Below, piece after piece: positions 1-6,350 of a stretch of DNA of 64,000 bases; the first letter of the stretch is position 1, and each line of letters opens with the position of its first letter. Source of the stretch: an uncultured Alphaproteobacteria bacterium. Lineage in GTDB: Bacteria; Pseudomonadota; Alphaproteobacteria; ATCC43930; CGMCC-115725. A program made the translations under genes and the position numbers. The notes beneath the pieces are model-generated. The model searched no databases. It was not told the DNA's origin and was given only the letters and a program-made list of their open reading frames with translations. The DNA lies in contig CAWIRE010000006.1 in the NCBI GenBank assembly GCA_963838385.1, positions 556,796 to 620,795 on the forward strand, read 5' to 3'.

Positions 1-235
1 CGATGCGACGCCGGCCATCGGCGGTCGTCACGCATTTCCGCGCCACGCCGGCGACGACGCAGTACCAGGTCTCGGCGCGGTCGGCACGGCGGTAGATCTC
101 CTGGCCGCGCCGGCACGTGCGCCGCGTCGCCAGCGCCTCCATCGCCTTCGGCGGCTGCGGGCGGGGCGCGCGGTCGAGCAGCGAGGCAGGATTTCCGGCG
201 GTCCATCGATTTGGTCTGGTGTCGGTGACCGGCAT
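1..235 (-). CDS. Crp/Fnr (FixK-like) transcriptional regulator, N-terminal 78 codons only; gene runs off the left edge
   Basis: Absent from the ORF track because there is no stop in the window. Hand translation of the minus strand from ATG (complement of 235-233): MPVTDTRPNRWTAGNPASLLDRAPRPQPPKAMEALATRRTCRRGQEIYRRADRAETWYCVVAGVARKCVTTADGRRRI. The GQEIYR..D.AE.WY.VV.GVAR......DGRR pattern resembles the cNMP-binding beta-roll of Crp/Fnr proteins. AAGGAGA Shine-Dalgarno (complement of 241-247) lies 5 nt upstream. Confidence 0.55.
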   Translation of the reverse strand, partial: MPVTDTRPNRWTAGNPASLLDRAPRPQPPKAMEALATRRTCRRGQEIYRRADRAETWYCVVAGVARKCVTTADGRRRI

Positions 236-390
236 CGGCCTCTCCTTCTGCGCGAGACATGCACGGCGGAAGCAAGATTCGCGAGGCGGTCTGATCGCGA
301 TGTCAGCGGGCGCCAGTCTTGGGATCAGTTGAAACGAAAGGCGCAGGCGAAGGTTCCCTGGCCGCGGCGGCAGAGAAAAATCCGACGAAG

Positions 391-404
391 TTGACGACGG
401 TCAA
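391..404 (+). promoter_or_regulatory. FNR/FixK-type box TTGACGACGGTCAA (TTGA-N6-TCAA) with -10-like ATACTT at 427-432
   Basis: Perfect TTGA-N6-TCAA half-sites 91 nt upstream of the BON-gene ATG. If the box centre (397.5) is at -41.5, the -12..-7 hexamer falls exactly on ATACTT (427-432), which is class II FNR/FixK geometry. A Crp/Fnr-family gene is divergently encoded next to it. Confidence 0.5.
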
Positions 405-494
405 GGCGGCGCCCGATCGGCGGGCCATACTTGCTGGGCGCCGCAACGGGCGTCTCGTCCCGCTGGCGGCGAGGGACCCTAGCAGGAGGACGCC

Positions 495-1148
495 ATGAGG
501 CTCGACAGCGACATCAAGCGTGACGTGGAGGACGAGCTGAGATGGGATCCGGACATCGACGCCACCGACATCGCCGTGACAGTGAAGAACGGCGTCGTCT
601 CCCTGACCGGGTTTGCGCGCAGCTACAGCCAGAAATTCGAGGCCGAGCGGGCGGCGAAGCGCGTCGCGGGCGTCATCGGCCTCGCCAACGACATCGAGGT
701 GCGGCTACCGGCGGTGGACGAGCGTCCGGATCCCGAGATCGCGCGCGACGCGGTCGCCGCGCTCAAGAACCAGCTGCCGCTCTCCGGCCACAGCATCACC
801 GCGACGGTGAAGAACGGCTGGATCACGCTCGAGGGCGAGGTCGAATGGAACTACCAGCGCGAACGGGCGGAGAGCACGGTCCGATGGATGAAAGGCGTCC
901 ACGGCGTCACCAACCTCGTTCAGGTGAAGCCGCGGGTTGCGCCGGCCGACGTCAAGCGCAAGATCGAAGAGGCCTTCCGGCGCAGCGCGGAAGTCGATGC
1001 GAAGCGCGTTGCCGTCGAAGTCCATGACGGCGAGGTGGTCCTCAAGGGAACGGTGCGGTCCTGGGCCGAGCGCCAGGAAGCCGAGCGTGCGGCCTGGGCG
1101 GCGCCGGGGGTCAAGAAGGTCGACGACCGCATCACCATCAGCGCCTGA
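495..1148 (+). CDS. BON-domain (OsmY-like) protein, three BON repeats
   Basis: Repeated DIxVxVxNGxVxLxGxV modules (DIAVTVKNGVVSLTGFA, ITATVKNGWITLEGEV, VAVEVHDGEVVLKGTV). GCAGGAGGA RBS before the ATG. Confidence 0.85.
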   Translation: MRLDSDIKRDVEDELRWDPDIDATDIAVTVKNGVVSLTGFARSYSQKFEAERAAKRVAGVIGLANDIEVRLPAVDERPDPEIARDAVAALKNQLPLSGHSITATVKNGWITLEGEVEWNYQRERAESTVRWMKGVHGVTNLVQVKPRVAPADVKRKIEEAFRRSAEVDAKRVAVEVHDGEVVLKGTVRSWAERQEAERAAWAAPGVKKVDDRITISA

Positions 1149-1204
1149 GTCCGATCTGCGCCGCCGATCGGACGTGTCATCAATCGGACGAGAGGAGATA
1201 CCGC

Positions 1205-1834
1205 ATGGCTGTCAGAGGCTTGGCCCCGTTCCAGGCAAACCGGGCCGTATCGCGTTGGCCGGAGGATTCCGATCCGCTTGTGGCCTTCCGCCGCGACATG
1301 AGCCGGATGTTCGACGCGTTCTTCGGCGGTTTCGGCGCGCCGGGCATGCTCGCTCCCGCGCTGCGCGCCCTGCCGCCGGCGATCCTCACGCCGCAGATCA
1401 ATATCAGCGAGACCGACGAGGAGATCCGCATCACCGCCGACCTGCCCGGCCTCGACGAGGACGATATCGAGGTCAAGCTCGCCGACGGCATGCTGACCAT
1501 CGGCGGCGAGAAGGCGGCGGAGACGGAAGCGGACGAGGAGGAAGAGGGGGAGCGGAGCTATCATCTGGTAGAGCGCACGCAAGGCGCCTTCTCGCGCACG
1601 CTGCTGCTGCCCTTCGCGGTCGAGCCCGAGGACATCGACGCGGAGTTCAAGAACGGCGTGCTCACCATCACCATCCCGAAGCCGAAGGCGGTGCAGGAGA
1701 AGACGCACAAGATCGCCGTCAGGAGCGGCGATGACCAGCCGCCGGCGGTGGATCGCGCCGCTGCCGGCGACAAGCCCGCCGCCTCCGCCCCGACGGCGGC
1801 AAAGGCCAAGGCGTCGCAGGGAGCGGCCGAGTAG
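1205..1834 (+). CDS. Hsp20/alpha-crystallin small heat-shock protein with Ala/Pro-rich C-terminal tail
   Basis: ISETDEEIRITADLPGLDEDDIEVKLADGMLTIGGEK ... GAFSRTLLLPFAVEPEDIDAEFKNGVLTITIPK is a canonical alpha-crystallin domain. GAGAGGAGA RBS. Confidence 0.9.
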   Translation: MAVRGLAPFQANRAVSRWPEDSDPLVAFRRDMSRMFDAFFGGFGAPGMLAPALRALPPAILTPQINISETDEEIRITADLPGLDEDDIEVKLADGMLTIGGEKAAETEADEEEEGERSYHLVERTQGAFSRTLLLPFAVEPEDIDAEFKNGVLTITIPKPKAVQEKTHKIAVRSGDDQPPAVDRAAAGDKPAASAPTAAKAKASQGAAE

Positions 1835-1966
1835 CGCCGATGCGCGGGCCGCTCCGGGCCGCCCGCCGGCGGCGGAGCGGCTGCGCGCGTCGGCGCTGGC
1901 ATCGCGCCGGCCGCGGATGGCGCCGCCGGATGGCGGGCCCGATACGGACAAAAGGAGGAGAGGACG

Positions 1967-2707
1967 ATGACCATGGGCAGCGACGGCAAGCGCGGCCCCG
2001 GCGAGCGCCCCGGGGCGCGCGAGGGCAAGGCTGATCCCGCCTATCAGGGCACCAAGCCGGGCGCTTTCTCCATGGACGCCGCCTCGATGGGCGCCGCGGG
2101 TGCCGGCTTCGCCTCCGGCTGGGATCCGCCGGCGGTCGAGGCCATGAACGCGCTGCTGGCGCGCAACTGGTGGGCGATCGCTCTGCGCGGCGTCTTCGCC
2201 ATCATCTTCGGTCTCATCGCGGTGCTGCTGCCCGGCGTGACGCTGACGGCACTGGTGCTGCTGTTCGCCGCCTACATGCTGGTCGATGGCGTCTTCGCGC
2301 TGATCGCCGGGCTGCGCGCCGCGCAGCGGCGCGAGCGTTGGGGATGGCTGGCCTTCGAGGGCATCGCCGATCTCGTCGCCGGCGCCATCGCCATCGCCTG
2401 GCCGCTGATCACGATCCTCGCCTTCGTCTGGATCATGGCCGCCTGGGCGATCGTCAGCGGCGGGCTGCTGCTCGGCGCCGCCGTCCGGCTGCAGCCCACC
2501 CATGGCAAATGGCTGATGGGCTTCGGCGGCGCGGTCTCGGTGGTCTGGGGCATCCTGCTGATCCTGCAGCCCTTCATCGGCGCCCTGGTGCTGACCTGGT
2601 GGATGGGCGCCTATGCGCTGTTCTTCGGCGGCGCGCTGTTGGTGCTGGCCTTCCGGCTGCGCCGCCGGCAAGGCGAGCACCAGGACTTTGCCTCCGGCAT
2701 CGCCTGA
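1967..2707 (+). CDS. hdeD: HdeD-family (DUF308) acid-resistance membrane protein
   Basis: Six predicted TM helices with the repeated WWxxxLxGxxxIxxGxxxL pattern (NWWAIALRGVFAIIFGLIAVLLPG ...). AAAGGAGGAGAGG RBS. Confidence 0.8.
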   Translation: MTMGSDGKRGPGERPGAREGKADPAYQGTKPGAFSMDAASMGAAGAGFASGWDPPAVEAMNALLARNWWAIALRGVFAIIFGLIAVLLPGVTLTALVLLFAAYMLVDGVFALIAGLRAAQRRERWGWLAFEGIADLVAGAIAIAWPLITILAFVWIMAAWAIVSGGLLLGAAVRLQPTHGKWLMGFGGAVSVVWGILLILQPFIGALVLTWWMGAYALFFGGALLVLAFRLRRRQGEHQDFASGIA

Positions 2708-2783
2708 GCGGTGGCCGGCGCGGTTTGCCGCTGCGCCGCGGATATGATAAAAACATCCGTTCTCCGCCGCGGATGGCAAGATC

Positions 2784-3336
2784 ATGACTGGGTCCAGGAG
2801 AATCCCGCCGCCGCCGATTCCGCCGCTGCGCACGCCCGCCGCGGCGCAACCTCGTGCCGCCGGCTATCGCATCACCGTGGGCTCTTATCTGCATCAGGGG
2901 CCGAGCGCGCAGGGCCTGCCGCCGGAGCTTGCCGGCCACAGCTTCGTCGCCATCCAGGACCCGGCCGGACGGCGCCAGGCCTTCGGCTTCTCGCCGGCGC
3001 AGTACGAGCGCTACGATCCGCGCCGCGACCTGCCGAAGCTGAACGCCGGCGTCAAGGGCCGCGTCCATGCCGACGACCACGCCTTCGCCAAGCCCGGAGT
3101 GAGGACGCGCAGCTTCGATGTCACCGCCCAGCAGGCGCGCGCCGCGCTTGCCAAGGTGGCCGAGTACAAGACACGGACGCCGGATTTCAGCCTGGCGCGG
3201 CGGCAATGCTCGACTTTTGCCGCCGACGTCTCTGCGCGCCGGCGGCATCGACGCCTTTCCCGGCGCCGGCGTGCGGCGGCCGCAGCAGGTCTATGGACAG
3301 ATGGCGCAGCCCGCGCCGAAGCCGGGCAGGCGCTGA
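2784..3336 (+). pseudogene. Hypothetical His...Cys hydrolase-like protein; frame switches near 3231 (one extra nt); sensible stop is TGA 3334-3336
   Basis: Track ORF 2784..3854 reads ...ARRQCSTFAADV and then Arg-rich nonsense (SARRRHRRLSRRRRAAAAAGLW). The next frame (track ORF 3118..3336) continues sensibly as LRAGGIDAFPGAGVRRPQQVYGQMAQPAPKPGRR*. AGHSFVAI ... VHADDH ... RQCSTFAADVLRAGGI has the His-then-Cys order of permuted papain-like (PPPDE/LRAT-type) hydrolases. The family assignment is inference only. Confidence 0.45.
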
Positions 3337-3347
3337 GAGGAGAGGGC

Positions 3348-3854
3348 ATGAGCGCGCGCGTGATCCAGGGCTATTTCCCCGGCGGCAGGCCGCGGATCTT
3401 CGCGCCGCCGGCAACCGCGCAGCGCAAGGCGGCGCAGCCGCAGCAGCAGCACGGCAATGCCATGCCGCTGCCCGACACGCTGCAGCATGTCGGCCGCGGC
3501 GGCATGGGACGGCCGCTGCCCGAGGCGCTGCAGCAGAAGATGGAATCCTTCTTCCGCGCCAGCTTCGGCGATGTCCGCGTCCATGTCGGGCCCGAGGCGC
3601 CGGCCATCGGCGCGCTCGCCTTCACGCTGGGCTCCGACATCTATTTCGCGCCGGGCCAGTATGATCCGGCAAGCCCGCGCGGCCAGCAGCTCCTCGGCCA
3701 CGAGCTCGCCCATGTCGTGCAGCAGCGCCAGGGCAGGGTGCGCAACCCCTTTGGCGCCGGCATCGCGGTGGTGCAGGATCCCGGCCTCGAGGCCGAGGCC
3801 GACCGCCTGGGCCAGCGCGCGGCGGTGCAGCCGATGATGGTGCGGCCGCGCTGA
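3348..3854 (+). CDS. Stand-alone DUF4157 (HExxH metallopeptidase-like) protein, 168 aa
   Basis: LPEALQQKMESFFRASFGDVRVHVGPEAPAIGALAFTLGSDIYFAPGQYDPASPRGQQLLGHELAHVVQQRQG matches the DUF4157 consensus (...DfS.VRvH....A......A.AfT.G.dI.F..G.y.P....G..LlaHELtHVvQQ). GAGAGGAGAGGG RBS sits directly upstream of ATG 3348, 12 nt after the TGA of the preceding gene. Confidence 0.8.
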   Translation: MSARVIQGYFPGGRPRIFAPPATAQRKAAQPQQQHGNAMPLPDTLQHVGRGGMGRPLPEALQQKMESFFRASFGDVRVHVGPEAPAIGALAFTLGSDIYFAPGQYDPASPRGQQLLGHELAHVVQQRQGRVRNPFGAGIAVVQDPGLEAEADRLGQRAAVQPMMVRPR

Positions 3855-3934
3855 GACCGGGCGCGCATCGCCGGCAGACATCTAACGGTTGATTGGCATG
3901 GTCTCCCGGCGCCAGTGCTGTTAGCGTCCTGCGC

Positions 3935-5395
3935 ATGGCGCGGACCACGCTCGAGCGTGGCTGGAAGCATTTCAGCCGCAACCTCACCAAGGCCTTCACC
4001 GGCGCCAATGTCGAGAATCTGCGCGAGCTCGACAAACTGCTGCGCGAGATCGAGGCGCTCGGTTATGACGCCACGCCCGAGCGGCTGAACCCGGGACAGA
4101 ACCCGCAGAAATTCCGCCACGGCAAATTCGATTTCCTGTGGCTCACGGTGCTTTCCGGCCAGGAGTTCGCGGATTTTCACAATGGCTGGCGGCTCGTGCT
4201 GCAGCACGCCCAGCGCGGCGCCGGCGCTCGCGCCGCCCGCATCGCACCGCTCGACCGTCAGCGGCTCGTCGAGGGACCCGGCACGACGGAGATGTGGAAC
4301 GGGCTGCAAGCGGTGAAGGACCGCTATCGCGCGCTTGCCAAGAGCAAGGCCAAGGGCTTCTTCGCAGCCAAGAAGGAGGAGTTCGAGGCGCTCCAGAAGC
4401 GGCTCGAGAACGCGCTCTACCAGAACCAGACCTTCGGCGTCTATGCGAGCTACTACAGCGCCGCCGCCACGGCCTTCGAGCACGCGCAGGAGGAAGGCGC
4501 CGCCAACGACATGCAGCGCCGCATCCTGGCGGCCGGCGGCATCTACAAGCTCATGCGGGCCGGGATCTCGCTCGGCCGCACCATCGCCAGCTTCGGCGTC
4601 GATTTCAGCGCCATCAAGGGCGTGGTCCAGGATTCGCTCAACGCCCTCAACGCGCTCGGCGGGCTGGTGGGCGGCGTCATCGATCTCGCCCGCGGCCGCG
4701 AGGCCGATTACCGCCGCCTGACTGCGCGGCTCGGCGTCGAACAGGGCGTCGACCGGCTGATCCGGCGCCTCATGGACAAGGACCAGGAGGCGCTTGGCGC
4801 GCAGCTCGAGCGCGGCGCGCACCGGCTGATGCGCGGTGCCGATCTCACCGAGGAGACGCTGCTCAAGCTCGGCGCTGAGATCCGGCACACCAAGTTCTGG
4901 ATGGAGACCTTCGCCAAGGACCTGCGCGAGCTCAAGCGCGAGCTGGCGGAGCCGCCGCTGATCTCGGAGCTGAAGGCGCGCTTTGCCGCGTTGCGCGGCG
5001 GCGAGGACGATGATTCCGGCGTCATCAAGCCCTCGGACCTGCTCAAGGTCGAGGTCGCCGACCGCGGCGTGCGGGCGGAGCTGCGACGCCGCGCCGAGGA
5101 GGCGGAGCGCCGCGTCCAGAACTTCGCCCAGCTCCTCGGCCGCGATCTCGACAAGCTCCGCGATTACCTTGCCGCGGTCGAGACTCGCCGCAGCCTCGCC
5201 CGCGGCCAGCTCGGCGCGGTCGGCGCCGGGCAGGAATTCGATACTGCGCGCAGCATCGCCCATCAAGCGGCGTCCTTCGATCGCAGTCGGCTGCGGCCGG
5301 TCCGCGCCGCACCCCCGCGCGCGCCGGCCGCCGATCCCTTGCGCGACGCGCTCGCGGCGCGCCGCCGGCACATTGCCGGCGACGACAAGGAGTGA
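3935..5395 (+). CDS. Hypothetical all-helical protein (486 aa) with a glycine-zipper-like hydrophobic segment
   Basis: Long ORF with GC-rich third positions, co-directional with its neighbours. No family recognised. Track-ORF residues about 213-266 read AAGGIYKLMRAGISLGRTIASFGVDFSAIKG...LNALGGLVGGVIDLA. The start was chosen at the first ATG (MARTTLERGW); TTG 3893 is possible. Confidence 0.6.
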   Translation: MARTTLERGWKHFSRNLTKAFTGANVENLRELDKLLREIEALGYDATPERLNPGQNPQKFRHGKFDFLWLTVLSGQEFADFHNGWRLVLQHAQRGAGARAARIAPLDRQRLVEGPGTTEMWNGLQAVKDRYRALAKSKAKGFFAAKKEEFEALQKRLENALYQNQTFGVYASYYSAAATAFEHAQEEGAANDMQRRILAAGGIYKLMRAGISLGRTIASFGVDFSAIKGVVQDSLNALNALGGLVGGVIDLARGREADYRRLTARLGVEQGVDRLIRRLMDKDQEALGAQLERGAHRLMRGADLTEETLLKLGAEIRHTKFWMETFAKDLRELKRELAEPPLISELKARFAALRGGEDDDSGVIKPSDLLKVEVADRGVRAELRRRAEEAERRVQNFAQLLGRDLDKLRDYLAAVETRRSLARGQLGAVGAGQEFDTARSIAHQAASFDRSRLRPVRAAPPRAPAADPLRDALAARRRHIAGDDKE

Positions 5396-5481
5396 CGCGC
5401 GGATTTCACGCAGGCAGCCGCTTGATCACGGTGCTATCTTCCTCGCGCTGTGCCGTTCCTGTCGCCCCTTGAGGCCTTTCC

Positions 5482-6276
5482 ATGACCCCGCGCGATGCCG
5501 GCGGCGCCTCGCCGCGCGTGGCCTCCACGCTCAACGTCAGCGTCGCGCCGCGCGACCGGCGCGGCGGCGCGGTGGTGCTCTCCGGCGCGATCGGCGGCTG
5601 CGCGCGCTTCGAGCCGTCCGCCGGCGCCAAGGAGCGTCGCAGTCCCGGCGAACTCGGGCTGGCGCGCGAAGCTTCCGGCGCGCGGCCCCGCCCGGCGCGC
5701 CGGCGCGCCGCGCCGGCATCCGATGCGGCGGAGGCGGACGCGGGCTCTGCCTCCGGCGCCAATGGCGGAACGCGGCGCCGCGAGGTGCTGGCGGCGCTGC
5801 CCTCGGCACCGACCGCAGGCGTGGCCGGCCTTCCCGGCCTGGGCGTCTTCCTCGGCGAGCTCGGCAGCCCGGCACAGGTCGAGAACGCCACGCCGGCAAG
5901 CGGCCGCCCGCCCGGGCTGAGCCTGGGGCGGGGCCTGCGCTCGGTGCCGAGCCTGGCCGATGTCAGCGTCTCGATCGGCGGCCTGCCGCGCGTCGGGATG
6001 AGCCGGCTGGCGGCGCCGGTCCGCGCTCTGATCGCGAAGCGGTCGAGCCGCCCGGCGGCTTCTGCCGTGCCGACGGCGGCAACCGCGCCCAGCCGCACGC
6101 CGCGGCCGAGCGCGGAGGAGCCGGGCGTCGCGCCGTCCCCCGCAGCGCCCGACTCGGCGTCGGCGGTGCCGGCGGCCGCGGCGCGCGGCCGCATCGGCCG
6201 CGCCTCGCGCTACATCGTCAACGGCATCCTCAACGTCACCATCCGCCGCTTCCGCAGCCCGCCCCGGCTCGGCTAA
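5482..6276 (+). CDS. Hypothetical protein, Ala/Pro/Arg-rich, probably largely disordered
   Basis: Third-position G/C bias fits this frame better than the antisense ORF 5406..6194. GAGG lies 7 nt upstream. Only the termini look ordered (STLNVSVAPRDRRGGAVVLSG; RYIVNGILNVTIRRF). Weak call. Confidence 0.35.
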   Translation: MTPRDAGGASPRVASTLNVSVAPRDRRGGAVVLSGAIGGCARFEPSAGAKERRSPGELGLAREASGARPRPARRRAAPASDAAEADAGSASGANGGTRRREVLAALPSAPTAGVAGLPGLGVFLGELGSPAQVENATPASGRPPGLSLGRGLRSVPSLADVSVSIGGLPRVGMSRLAAPVRALIAKRSSRPAASAVPTAATAPSRTPRPSAEEPGVAPSPAAPDSASAVPAAAARGRIGRASRYIVNGILNVTIRRFRSPPRLG

Positions 6277-6350
6277 GCGGCTCTATTCCATAGGGTTGGC
6301 ACCGGCGGCATGCTAGAGTGCAACCGCCGGAAACGCCGTCGCCTGAACAT

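Noticed and set aside
2784-3854. A single 356-aa fusion protein as listed in the ORF track.
   Set aside because: The internal 40 residues are Arg-rich nonsense. An alternative frame gives a sensible C-terminus and a stop at 3336, followed by a strong RBS and ATG 3348. Two genes plus a frameshift explain the data better.
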